Assembly (NCBI GenBank): GCA_963702205.1 | Contig: OY969724.1 | Location: forward strand, 1,088,001 to 1,152,000 | DNA length: 64,000 nt | Direction: 5' to 3' | Source: an uncultured candidate division Zixibacteria bacterium | Lineage (GTDB): Bacteria > Zixibacteria > MSB-5A5 > GN15 > PGXB01 | In this document: positions 9,920-19,447 of the stretch, one piece after another | Layout of the letters: every line of letters begins with the position of its first letter | Position numbering within the stretch: position 1 is the first letter of the stretch | Program-made: the position numbers and the translations under genes | Notes under the pieces: model-generated | What the model was told of the DNA's origin: nothing | Seen by the model: only the letters and a program-made list of their open reading frames with translations | Databases searched by the model: none

Positions 9920-11338
9920 TTATAATTCAATAAATCCTTTGAAGAAATTGTCCGGGTCCCATTTGGTCTTGACCTGTTTCAGGCGGATGTAGTTGGGACC
10001 ATAGGCTTTTTTCAGAGCATCCTGGCCTTCTTCACCAAACCCCGGGAAATTGAGATACTGGCCGACGTCCTTGATTTTGACGATGTCGTCATAAACGTTT
10101 TTCGCCCAGGTGATATTGGCTTCGTTGGCTTTGGGATCGAGCCAGTTGGCCTCGATACCGATCAGGTATTTCGACTCGCGTTGTGCGAAAGCCGTACTCG
10201 TTAGACCGGTGCGGCCGATTTTCCCACCGAGGGACCAGACATCGATTGACGACAGCGGCGACGGTCTCTCTGCCGCGCGTGCCACAATGGCGTCGATGGC
10301 GCGGTCATCGAGATCGCCCAGGTAGGCCGATTTCCAATAGTACTGACGACCATCGGGGTAGTCCGGGTCAAGAATCTGCTGAAGATCCACGAAGGGTGTT
10401 TCGGCGCTCAGGTCTGCAATCGGTTTGGCCATTGTGCGGAATGGGGCGAGTGCTCTCTCTCCGTCTTTGAGCGGACCGGCGTAATTACCGAAAAATATAA
10501 AAGCCGGCTGACCGCGATATTTTTTTGGTATAAATTCCTCGTCCGGCGCGGTCCAGAGAACGGCCACTACCATGAGTTCTTCCGCATCGTTTTCAATTTG
10601 CTCACGCATCAGCTTGAGGCCGTCTTTGGCGCAGTCGGCCGGGTATATGGTCAACAGGCCCCACATGGTCTGTCCGACGGGATGGGCCTGGAATTCAAAT
10701 GACGTGACAATCCCGAAATTGCCGCCGCCGCCTCGCAAAGCCCAGTAAAGATCTTCGTGCTGGTTTTTACTGGCCCGAACGATTTTGCCACGGGAGGTGA
10801 CCACTTCGGCGGCGAGAAGATTATCGCTGGCGAGGCCGTATTTGCGCGACAGACGCCCGTAACCGCCGTGCAGCGTCAACCCGGCCACGCCCGTCCTGGA
10901 GACCGCACCCAAAGGAACCGCCAGGCTGTGGTGCTGCGTTTCGCGGTCGACGTCGCCGAGGGTTGCCCCGCCGCCGACGGTCGCGATCTGTTTCACGGGA
11001 TCGACCGTAACCTGCCTCATGTCCGAAAGATCAATCATCAGACCTTTGTCGCAGACGGCCTTGCCGGTTACATGGTGGCCGCCGCTTCGGATGCTGAAAC
11101 GAAGGTGGTGCTTGCGGGCGAATTTTACGGCGGTCGCGACGTCATCGGTGTCCTTGCAGCACGCAATAAGTGCCGGTTTGCGGTCGATCATGCCGTTCCA
11201 GACGGCTCGCCGTTCGTCATAATCAGCATCATCGGTGCCCAGCACCGGGCCGTGCATGGCGTTTTTAAATAGTGTAACTTCGAATACCGGCAGCATCTGA
11301 TTTCCGGTGTTTTCGGTCAGGACGCTAATTTCTTCCAT
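9920..11338 (-). CDS. FAD-binding oxidoreductase (BBE / FAD_binding_4)
   Basis: RSGGHH FAD-attachment motif, LRGGGGNFGIVT, YLNF, KWDPDNFF. Confidence 0.92.
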   Translation of the reverse strand: MEEISVLTENTGNQMLPVFEVTLFKNAMHGPVLGTDDADYDERRAVWNGMIDRKPALIACCKDTDDVATAVKFARKHHLRFSIRSGGHHVTGKAVCDKGLMIDLSDMRQVTVDPVKQIATVGGGATLGDVDRETQHHSLAVPLGAVSRTGVAGLTLHGGYGRLSRKYGLASDNLLAAEVVTSRGKIVRASKNQHEDLYWALRGGGGNFGIVTSFEFQAHPVGQTMWGLLTIYPADCAKDGLKLMREQIENDAEELMVVAVLWTAPDEEFIPKKYRGQPAFIFFGNYAGPLKDGERALAPFRTMAKPIADLSAETPFVDLQQILDPDYPDGRQYYWKSAYLGDLDDRAIDAIVARAAERPSPLSSIDVWSLGGKIGRTGLTSTAFAQRESKYLIGIEANWLDPKANEANITWAKNVYDDIVKIKDVGQYLNFPGFGEEGQDALKKAYGPNYIRLKQVKTKWDPDNFFKGFIEL

Positions 11339-11596
11339 AACGTATCTCCTTTTACTGGCCGATTGTTTAATATCGCCGGGTTGTCTGTCGGGGGAGCCCC
11401 TGGGTCCAATAAAGGACTATATGCGTCTATAATATATAATAATACGCTTGAACCTTAAAATGGATTTGATGAAGACAAAATATAGGTTGGGGTATTTTTA
11501 TGGCCTTGAAGGTTGTAACTATATTGTCTATAATCGAATACAGGCAGATATAACCGAATCAGGTGACAACCGCTAATTTAGAGGTTTTATATAACT

Positions 11597-11811
11597 GTGC
11601 AAAGTCCGGGCAAAATACTGATTTTTTTCGGGGCGACGATGGTAATAATCGGGGTGGTCCTGCTGTTTTTCGACAAAATCCCGTTTCTGGGCAAACTCCC
11701 CGGCGATATTACGAAAAAGGCCGGAATTATTCCATCTATTTTCCGATTGTCACCTGCCTGCTGATTTCGATAATACTTACGATCCTGTTCAATCTGTTTT
11801 CAAGGAAATAG
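11597..11811 (+). pseudogene. DUF2905 membrane protein with a 1-nt frameshift near 11708
   Basis: One frame gives (M)QSPGKILIFFG..IPFLGKLPGDI; a second frame continues YEKGRNYSIYFPIVTCLLISIILT. Confidence 0.8.
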
Positions 11812-11951
11812 GCGCATCCTAAGTGATACTGGCACAACGAATAATTGGCCTCGCCTGCATGCCGCATGGATGTTTTCTATGCTAAAGTCTGCCTCCCATT
11901 ACACCGATTTAATGGTTATCACGGGCATGTATCACTTTAAGGAGGAGACTC

Positions 11952-12488
11952 ATGGGCTCAATTCAACGAGAACCCGAAGGCCTCGGTGGCTGGCTGATTA
12001 TAGTTTGCCTCGGGCTGTTTTTTACGATCATAAGCATCACATCCCTTTTGAGCACGATCTATATTCCTTTCTTCTTTGACGGTACCTGGGAGATTCTCAC
12101 GACTCCGGGCTCGGAGGCCTATCATGAGCTCATTGGTCCGATCCTTATATATGAAATGGTCGGCAATACATTGATCATGCTGCTCGCTGGAATTCTGATC
12201 TTTCTGTTTTTCACCAAGTCGCCGGCTTTCCCGAAACTTGCCATTGTCTATTTTGCAGGCAGTCTGTTGTTTGTCGGACTCGATTTGGTTTTGGTCGGGC
12301 TCATTCCTGCCGTGGTGGCATCGGGCGGTACAAAAACGGCGCAGGCTTTGATTCGTTCCATGGTCGGCGCGGCCGTCTGGATTCCGTACATGCTCTTTTC
12401 GAAGCGGGTCAAGAATACGTTTGCAAAGCCGGATTCGCGCAGATTTCAAAGTCAGCCCCGCACGCCGCAATCGGCCGTGACGCCGTAG
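11952..12488 (+). CDS. DUF2569 membrane protein
   Basis: GLGGWL N-terminal motif and WIPYMLFSKRVKNTF C-terminal motif; strong SD AAGGAG. Confidence 0.88.
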   Translation: MGSIQREPEGLGGWLIIVCLGLFFTIISITSLLSTIYIPFFFDGTWEILTTPGSEAYHELIGPILIYEMVGNTLIMLLAGILIFLFFTKSPAFPKLAIVYFAGSLLFVGLDLVLVGLIPAVVASGGTKTAQALIRSMVGAAVWIPYMLFSKRVKNTFAKPDSRRFQSQPRTPQSAVTP

Positions 12489-12787
12489 ACGTCGATTTGT
12501 TTACCAGATATTCTCGACCCGCACGAAGTATATGGTATAGCTGTCGGCGTCGGAATACGCGGCACAATCATTGTGAATATCGAATGGCATTTACAGCCTC
12601 CGGGACATCCATTCTGGATTATTGACCCGGAAATAGGGCTATTCACATTTTAAATAGGTTTCCCGAATCTACATGAACGGATTTCTTTGCCTGTCGGACG
12701 AATCAGGCATTTGATTCGTACATAATTTAATTGAATAGAAGTCTTTCTCGGGTGTATATTATTATAACTATATGCCGGAGGTGAATT

Positions 12788-13165
12788 ATGCCGTATTGTC
12801 CGAATTGCCATTATGAATATACCGATGATGTCGACAAATGCCCGGATTGCGATGTCAAGCTTGTCCCGGAGATACCGGAAGATTTCGATGAAACCGTCTA
12901 TGAAAACTGGGTGCGCATCGCCCGGTTTCGCTCCGAACAATTCGCTCAGATGGTTCTTGAGACGCTTCGGTCCAAAGACATTCCGGCTGTCGTATTTTCA
13001 GGAGCCGGATATTTCGGAATGACCGGCCAGATGGGTCTGTCGTCTTTTTCTCCTATCGATGGCGCCTATTCACTTTTGGTGCCCGAGAAATATATCAAGG
13101 ATGCCGATTTCGAGGGAGAATCTCTCCTGGGTGACGAATGGGAAAAATCCAAAGTGCACGATTAA
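12788..13165 (+). CDS. Zinc-ribbon plus DUF2007-like signal-transducing protein
   Basis: MPYCPNC..CPDC; AQMVLETLRSKDIPA..LLVPE; SD GGAGGTG. Confidence 0.75.
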   Translation: MPYCPNCHYEYTDDVDKCPDCDVKLVPEIPEDFDETVYENWVRIARFRSEQFAQMVLETLRSKDIPAVVFSGAGYFGMTGQMGLSSFSPIDGAYSLLVPEKYIKDADFEGESLLGDEWEKSKVHD

Positions 13166-13180
13166 AAAATGCTGTAATCA

Positions 13181-13216
13181 AAAAAGCCCGGTCAGAACAA
13201 ACCGGGCTTTTTTTTA
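13181..13216. terminator. Bidirectional intrinsic terminator
   Basis: AAAAAGCCCGG..CCGGGCTTTTTT between convergent genes. Confidence 0.85.
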
Positions 13217-13231
13217 TTGCGAGAAAAAGAA

Positions 13232-14584
13232 TCATTTCAACAGGATCATTTTTTTCGAGTCAACCTGATCTCCGGCCTGCAGGCGATAGAGATACACGCC
13301 CGACGCGACCAGTCGGCCGCCGTCGTCGGTAGCGTTCCAACTGACCGTATGGCCTCCCGCAATTTGCATGTCATCGACCAGGGTCCGCACCACCCGTCCG
13401 TTCATGTTTATAATCTCCAACGTAACGTGCCCTGCGGCCGAAAGAGTATAGTCAATTTTCGTATCCGGGTTAAACGGGTTGGGATAGTTCTGGCCGAGTT
13501 TGAAAGTTTCCGGGACCTGTGCGGTTTCATCTTTTGTAATGGAAGCGTCTGCATTCCAGGTCGGTGTCGCGGCTTTGCCATCGGCCGAAAGATATTGTTT
13601 CACGGCCATTTTAATTGAACATACGGAATCATCCAGAGTAATCCCCATCGCTTCCAGTTTGGCCTTAAGCTCGGTATCATCTGGATTAAGAATCGTTTGA
13701 TTGCCATTTTTATCAATGAAAACGCAGGAATCACCCCCCGCACAGGCGCCGAGGCCAACGCTGTCGATTGCCACAACCAGCTTGTGACTATCAGTGCAAA
13801 CCTGGGCGCACGAATCCTTCGCGTACCAAACGCCCCCGAAATTGCAGTTAGTCGTCAGCGAATCCAGACATTTCATCACGAAGTGGTTGACGTCGTCCTC
13901 GGAAACGGCCGACAGGTTACCCCCTGCGACTATTCCTTTGACGTAAATAACAAGCGGTTCGGACTTTCTGCCCTGAACTTCCTTAATGTCCCCCATAGTA
14001 CAATTTCCCAGCTTGTCGAAAGCAACCCGGAGGACTTTGATATCCTTTTCGCTGTTGAGGTCCGAAATCTTGAGGACGCACGTTTGATCGCAGTCGCCGA
14101 CCTCGTATGCGGCGTCGGACAAGCCCAGGGCCGAGAAAAGTTCACCCAGACGGGATTCATCGAGCGCCAGGTTTTTGTCGACCCCGGCGATGGCGACTTC
14201 GTAGCCGATGGTGTCATCGAATTTGAACGGCACCAGCGTCAGGAAACCCAGAAGAAACACGCCCAGAATCGAGAAGCTCAGTCTCGGTCGGCGCCAGAAT
14301 GTATTCGTCAGTTTTCTCATTATCGAAATCTCCCGGAAAATGGGAAGGCCGCGATTGTCCGCCGCTTCTTCCACTCTTGATTTAAGCTCTTTGAAAGAAA
14401 TCGTCTCGGTGCCGTCGTCGGCTTCGGCCAGTTTCAGGTCGCGGGCGAGCAGAAGTTCAGCGTGATAAAAGGCATCGCATTCGCGGCAGTCGGCCAAATG
14501 GCTTTCCATTTCGGGGATCGTTTCGATTCCCGCGCCGTTTCGGACGGCTTCGATTATTCTTCGCCGGGCTTCGTGACAATGCAT
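13232..14584 (-). CDS. Zinc-finger (HxxxCxxC) anti-sigma factor with TM helix and a C-terminal T9SS/FlgD-like sorting domain
   Basis: MHCHEAR..HLADCREC; TM LSFSILGVFLLGFLTLVPF; tail LGQNYPNPFNP..VASGVYLYRL..KKMILLK; overlaps the ECF sigma gene. Confidence 0.85.
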   Translation of the reverse strand: MHCHEARRRIIEAVRNGAGIETIPEMESHLADCRECDAFYHAELLLARDLKLAEADDGTETISFKELKSRVEEAADNRGLPIFREISIMRKLTNTFWRRPRLSFSILGVFLLGFLTLVPFKFDDTIGYEVAIAGVDKNLALDESRLGELFSALGLSDAAYEVGDCDQTCVLKISDLNSEKDIKVLRVAFDKLGNCTMGDIKEVQGRKSEPLVIYVKGIVAGGNLSAVSEDDVNHFVMKCLDSLTTNCNFGGVWYAKDSCAQVCTDSHKLVVAIDSVGLGACAGGDSCVFIDKNGNQTILNPDDTELKAKLEAMGITLDDSVCSIKMAVKQYLSADGKAATPTWNADASITKDETAQVPETFKLGQNYPNPFNPDTKIDYTLSAAGHVTLEIINMNGRVVRTLVDDMQIAGGHTVSWNATDDGGRLVASGVYLYRLQAGDQVDSKKMILLK

Positions 14585-15132
14585 ATTTCACCCTCACTTT
14601 TTATCGCGCGTTTACAACCTTTGTCGGTCGTTCCGGCCAGATAGGCCGCCAGTGTTCGGCGCATCACCGACCGGGCGCGACTCAATCGCACTTTAAGATT
14701 TCCTTCGGACTTGCCCGTCACCTCGCTCAACTGTCCGATCGGCCAGCCGTGGAGTTCATAAAGAGTCACCAGGGCGCGGTCGTACGGCGTCAGCGCCGCC
14801 AGGGCAAGTTTTATTCTTCGTTTGGCTGCGTGAGCGCTTTCGGGGCCGGGAATGGCCACGCTGTTGCGGCCATTTTCGGAAATTCTCAGCCACTTTCTAA
14901 GGCGCTCACGTCGGCAGCGACTTTTGAACCGGTTGATCATGATCCTGTAAAGCCAGGGTCGGAAAGCGTCGCGATTTACCAGTCTCTCGAATCCGGTCAG
15001 TGCACGCACCAACGAGTCCTGATATAAATCGTCGCCGTCGTCACGATCGGCCGTCAGCTTACGGCAGAAGGCTCGGGCTTTAAGATGCTCCGGTTCAAGC
15101 AGTTTCCAGAAAAGAGCTCTTTTATCGTTCAT
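14554..15132 (-). CDS. ECF sigma-70 factor
   Basis: DDLYQDSLVRA, FRPWLYRIMIN (region 2); SEGNLKVRLSRAR (region 4). Confidence 0.92.
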   Translation of the reverse strand: MNDKRALFWKLLEPEHLKARAFCRKLTADRDDGDDLYQDSLVRALTGFERLVNRDAFRPWLYRIMINRFKSRCRRERLRKWLRISENGRNSVAIPGPESAHAAKRRIKLALAALTPYDRALVTLYELHGWPIGQLSEVTGKSEGNLKVRLSRARSVMRRTLAAYLAGTTDKGCKRAIKSEGEICIVTKPGEE

Positions 15133-15330
15133 CTGATCCTTAGACCCGCATTTACAATAAAAGTTACAATTTCACCCCGATTTTATAAAAGATATTATAA
15201 ACGGGCAGGGGCCGGAAGAATAATCAGGCAATCAAATTATCCTCTATTTCATGTTATCTTGTTATTATTTAATGACATATTGGCGATTTATAAAATTTGC
15301 AGCCTTTCTGAAACTTTTCCCTTGACGATT

Positions 15331-15372
15331 AAGTATATAAAGTATATACTGGGTATATACGATATATACAGT
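15331..15372 (+). promoter_or_regulatory. Probable YtrA-type GntR operator overlapping the promoter
   Basis: Repeated GTATATA(C) palindromic half-sites just downstream of TTGACG and upstream of the GntR gene. Confidence 0.6.
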
Positions 15373-15384
15373 AATGGGAATATA

Positions 15385-15774
15385 ATGGGAAATATATTAA
15401 TTGTCATATCACAGACTAATCCCGACCCGCTCTATAAACAGGTTACCGACCAGATTAGGGACGCTATTGCCAAAGGCAATTTGCCCGCTAATATGAGGTT
15501 GCCCTCGATTCGGAATATGGCCGACGAGCTGAATATCAGCGCTATCACTATTAAGAGGGCGTATGCAAATCTGGAAAGCGAAGGATATATAATTACCCGC
15601 TCCGGTATGGGTTCTTTTGTGGCCGAGATTAACCGCGACCAGCTCAAAGAAAATGGGCTGAGTGAAATCCGCACCAATCTCGAGAAGATAGTTATCAAAG
15701 CCGCCAAATTCGGGATTTCCAAAGATGAGATAAAGGCGATCATCGACAATTGTGAGGAGGCCCGTCATGAATAG
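15385..15774 (+). CDS. GntR family regulator, YtrA subfamily
   Basis: PLYKQVTDQIRDAI..LPSIRNMADELNISAITIKRAYANLESEG..GMGSFV; about 129 aa. Confidence 0.92.
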   Translation: MGNILIVISQTNPDPLYKQVTDQIRDAIAKGNLPANMRLPSIRNMADELNISAITIKRAYANLESEGYIITRSGMGSFVAEINRDQLKENGLSEIRTNLEKIVIKAAKFGISKDEIKAIIDNCEEARHE

Positions 15775-15840
15775 ATATATGAATTTGACCGGCGGTATGA
15801 CCGGCCTGAACTGCACCCATCATAACACGAGGCGATAATA

Positions 15841-16719
15841 ATGGAAAACGTGCTTGTCCTTAAGGACATAAAGAAAATCTACAAAGAGTTTTTGCTTGAC
15901 GGTATCAGTCTGACCGTGCCCCGGGGGTATATAATGGGCATCATCGGTCCCAACGGAGCCGGGAAATCGACCACGATCAAAATCATCATGAATCTGGTTC
16001 GGCCCGACGGCGGCACCGTTGAAGTGTTCGGTTTAACCCACAATAAAAGCGAAAAAGAAATAAAAAATCGGATCGGGTACGTCGGTGAGGAGCAATACTA
16101 TTATGAAAACCGCACGGTTTCCTGGACCGCAAAATTCGTTTCGCAGTACTTTAAGCAATGGGATGAGAACCGCTTCGGCATTCTGCTTAATCGTTTCGGC
16201 ATCAGCCGAACCAAAAAGATCCGCGAGCTTTCCAAGGGTATGAAGGTTAAACTATCGCTGGCGATCGCTCTGTCGCACAATCCGGAATTGGTTATTCTCG
16301 ATGAACCGACCGCCGGGCTCGATCCGGTCGTGCGGCGCGAACTTCTGGACATACTCCGGGATGTCACCGAGGATGAAAACCGTTCCGTAATCATATCCTC
16401 TCACATTACCGATGACATCGCCCGCATTGCCGATTATATCACTTATATGATCGACGGACGTATCGTGATGTCTCGCGAAAAGGACGATCTCTTAGCCGGA
16501 TGGAAACGCATTCATTTTAAAAAAGAAGCCGTCGCACCCGACGTCATTGACTCTCTGTACGACGTGCAGGATCAGATGTTCGGCAGTACCGGCGTTACCC
16601 GGGATTATGAAAATATAAAAGAAAAGCTCGCGGCGGCGGTGGCCAAAGAAGACGTGAAGATAGAAAACGTCAATCTGGATGATATTTTGATCTCACTGGT
16701 CCGGGAGGCGCGCTTATGA
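15841..16719 (+). CDS. ABC transporter ATP-binding protein (YtrB-like)
   Basis: GPNGAGKS, LSKGM, ILDEPT. Confidence 0.95.
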   Translation: MENVLVLKDIKKIYKEFLLDGISLTVPRGYIMGIIGPNGAGKSTTIKIIMNLVRPDGGTVEVFGLTHNKSEKEIKNRIGYVGEEQYYYENRTVSWTAKFVSQYFKQWDENRFGILLNRFGISRTKKIRELSKGMKVKLSLAIALSHNPELVILDEPTAGLDPVVRRELLDILRDVTEDENRSVIISSHITDDIARIADYITYMIDGRIVMSREKDDLLAGWKRIHFKKEAVAPDVIDSLYDVQDQMFGSTGVTRDYENIKEKLAAAVAKEDVKIENVNLDDILISLVREARL

Positions 16720-17378
16720 TAGGCCTTATAAAAAAAGACGCCTTTACGGCCGTGCTGAACGCCTTCGGCATTTTGCCGCTATTGACCGCGTACTGGCTGC
16801 TGGTGCCCCACAATCTCGATCAAAATTCATTCATCCTGGCGGGAAGCATGTTAATCGTGCTTTTGTTCGCAACGCTCATCGGGCTCGAATCGGTAGAAGC
16901 CAAGTACAAAGGCTATGCGATTCTGAGTACCCTCCCCCTGACTTCGGCCGAAATCATAGCCGCCCGATTTATTATAATGCTTGCGCTGGCGTCTCTGTAC
17001 GTGGTTTATTTCGCCCTGCTCTTCCGATTGATGCACGCTCCGGCCCAGGCGCTTCGCTTAGGCCAGGCAGGCATAATCGCGGCGGGAATAGTGGGCCTGC
17101 TGCTCGTGGCGGTATTTTGCATATTAGTGATTCGCTTCCGCTATTTGAAAATATTCCAGATGATATTCAAAGTTGCCCCGGTGGCGATCATGCTAATCCT
17201 GGCGGGCGTATATGAATCGAATTATCAATCGATCACCGCCTTTGACCCCGCTCGTTTGATAAGGTATACGTCAGCTTTGAATATCGCCTTGTTCATTGTG
17301 GCCGGAATCGCGGTCTATTGCGGGCTCTGGCTGCTGGCCGTATATGTTCTGGCCCGGAAAGAAAATAAACTGGAATGA
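16716..17378 (+). CDS. ABC-2 type permease
   Basis: MIGLIKKD start, 'TLPL..EIIAARF' motif, multiple TMs. Confidence 0.85.
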   Translation: MIGLIKKDAFTAVLNAFGILPLLTAYWLLVPHNLDQNSFILAGSMLIVLLFATLIGLESVEAKYKGYAILSTLPLTSAEIIAARFIIMLALASLYVVYFALLFRLMHAPAQALRLGQAGIIAAGIVGLLLVAVFCILVIRFRYLKIFQMIFKVAPVAIMLILAGVYESNYQSITAFDPARLIRYTSALNIALFIVAGIAVYCGLWLLAVYVLARKENKLE

Positions 17379-17397
17379 AATTGTCCGGAGCATCTAT

Positions 17398-18054
17398 ATG
17401 TATGGACTGATAAAAAAAGACTGGGATAAATTCGGGGCCGACCTCGCCGTCGTCATAATATTGTCGCTATACTGGCTTTTTACCGCGCCTACCCTGGGGA
17501 CGAACATCGTCATTATCATGGGCATGGTCCTGTTTTTGTCGAATATCACGGCCGTGCTCGTGGTCGAGCAGGCAGAGGAAAAATACAACGGCTATGCCTT
17601 TCTGAAAACCCTGCCGCTGCACAAGAGCGAAGTTACATACGTCAAATACGCCCTCCCGCTGCTTAATACCGCCGTCGCCGGAGCGGCATTTTATGCGACG
17701 ATCACCGTTTTGGGCGGCCCGCCGGAACTGGTTTCATTCGGCCGGATGTACGTCGCATTTTGCGGCGTTTGCAGTCTGATCCTGACAGGCATCCTGTATA
17801 CGGCCATAATTATATTCGGGTTTGCCAACGTGATGCGCTTCGGAATCTTCACGGGCAGCGCGCTGGCTCTCGTGCTCGGCTCAATCATCTCGATGCTGAT
17901 GGCTCGGTCGATCATTCCATCCTGGAACGTCCTCATTTCGTCGTTAGTTGATTTTTTGACGGGCTTGGATATCCGACTTTTGATAATCTGCGGGCTGGTC
18001 GTTTATCTGGCTCTGATGCTGACGTCGCTTCGGTTGCGGGATGTTCGGAAATAA
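17398..18054 (+). CDS. ABC-2 type permease, paralog of the upstream gene
   Basis: MYGLIKKD, KYNGYAFLKTLPL..EVTYVKY. Confidence 0.85.
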   Translation: MYGLIKKDWDKFGADLAVVIILSLYWLFTAPTLGTNIVIIMGMVLFLSNITAVLVVEQAEEKYNGYAFLKTLPLHKSEVTYVKYALPLLNTAVAGAAFYATITVLGGPPELVSFGRMYVAFCGVCSLILTGILYTAIIIFGFANVMRFGIFTGSALALVLGSIISMLMARSIIPSWNVLISSLVDFLTGLDIRLLIICGLVVYLALMLTSLRLRDVRK

Positions 18055-18109
18055 AATATTATGAATGAGTTCGTTTCAAGTACGGTAAAGTAAAAAAGGA
18101 GAGAGAAGA

Positions 18110-18875
18110 TTGGAAAATGAAATTAACGAAGTAACTGCTCCCACTGCACCCGAAAGCAAATCGGCCTCGGGAATCGTCCGGGTTTTTTATGAACCGAAAT
18201 CGTTTTTTGAGGGTCTGCGTAATAAGAAAGCCTGGATCATTCCATTCGTTATAATCATCATAGTCGGTGGTGTCCTGGGGCAGCTGACCAAGCCGATACT
18301 CGTCAGGGACATTTTTGCCGGTGTCGAACAGAGGATGGAACAGGCCCGGCAGGCCATCGGTGAGGAACGCTATAACCAGATCATGGATCAATTACGAAGC
18401 CGTAAAGCCGAAGCGATGAGTAATAAAATAACCTGGCGTACGGTGCTGACATTTATCATCGCACCCTTGCTGATGGCATTTGTTATCGCCGGAGTCGGGA
18501 AACTGGTCGGCAATTTTATGCTGGGCGGCAAAGCCGCATTCTGGCTGGTTTTCAACGTTGTCGTTTTCACCGGCCTGATCGGTCTGGCAGGGGGATGTGA
18601 TCAAAAGCGCCATGATGCTGGCCAAGGATACGTCCTACGTTTACCTCGGCCTCGGTTTGCTAAAGCCGGTTAATGACGGATCGTTTGGTTTTTACCTGCT
18701 GCGCCAGTTAGAGCTGTTCTCGATATGGCGGGTTATCGCCACCTGCATCGGTCTCGGAGCGGTGTATAATATCAGCGGTAAGAAATTCGGATATGCCCTG
18801 GTCCCGATCTGGGTCGTGTTCGTGCTTTTGGTCGCGGTCGCCAATATTTTCACGGGCGGATCGATCGTCTATTAA
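18110..18875 (+). pseudogene. YIP1-family membrane protein, split by one extra G in the G-run near 18590
   Basis: VFYEPKSFFE..KAWIIP motif; ORFs 18110..18673 and 18597..18875 join as ..GLAGDVIKSA.. if one G is removed. Confidence 0.75.
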
Positions 18876-18904
18876 AATCACCTCGCTTGCGTGTTAGTGC
18901 ACAA

Positions 18905-18946
18905 TCGCCGGTTACGAGAAACCCCTTGTGACCGGCGGTTCTTTTT
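18905..18946 (+). terminator. Intrinsic terminator
   Basis: CGCCGGT..ACCGGCG stem plus T-tract. Confidence 0.65.
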
Positions 18947-18965
18947 GTGTTGAATGCGGCCGGTT

Positions 18966-19376
18966 TTACAGATCGAGGGCGCGGCGCAATTTGTCTTTCA
19001 GCGAACCGCGGCCGTTGTGTACTATAAATATCGCTTTCAGGCCGTGACGGGTGTAGAGCTGTCTTTTTTGCTCGACCCGGTCGATGTAAAACGGCATGTG
19101 GGTGAAGCCGCAAATTTCGATAAACAGGTCCCGGTCGGGAAGGTAAAAATCGGGACGGTACTGCTTTCCCGCCAATAGTATAAGTGGTTCATACTTATAA
19201 TTTATAGATCGCTCTTCGAAAAATTCGACGCATTCTTTTTCATAACGGGACCGTACCTGCACTCTGTCTCCGGCGGTCAGGTGGGGCGGTTTAATTTTGG
19301 GGCGGTGATATCGTACGCCCGCGGTCGGACCGGGGCGGCCGTCCTTTTTCATCCGGTGCGGTCGGTTATAAGCCAT
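18966..19376 (-). CDS. Small PD-(D/E)XK-like nuclease-domain protein
   Basis: VRSRYE..YKYEP..YRPDFYLP..FIEICG. Confidence 0.65.
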   Translation of the reverse strand: MAYNRPHRMKKDGRPGPTAGVRYHRPKIKPPHLTAGDRVQVRSRYEKECVEFFEERSINYKYEPLILLAGKQYRPDFYLPDRDLFIEICGFTHMPFYIDRVEQKRQLYTRHGLKAIFIVHNGRGSLKDKLRRALDL

Positions 19377-19447
19377 ACAATAAAATACGGTGATGTATGA
19401 TTAAAAGCAAATGCGTTGGGTTGCTATGCGCCGTGTGGATAATCTTA

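Noticed and set aside
2532..11400. Integrative element or prophage at tRNA-Ser
   Set aside because: No integrase, no phage genes and no duplicated tRNA 3' end seen.
15085..15384. 100-aa N-terminal extension of GntR
   Set aside because: It spans the AT-rich divergent promoter/operator region; family similarity starts at ATG 15385.
19434..19442. DnaA box TGTGGATAA as oriC
   Set aside because: Single box in a short intergenic gap, with no cluster or unwinding element.
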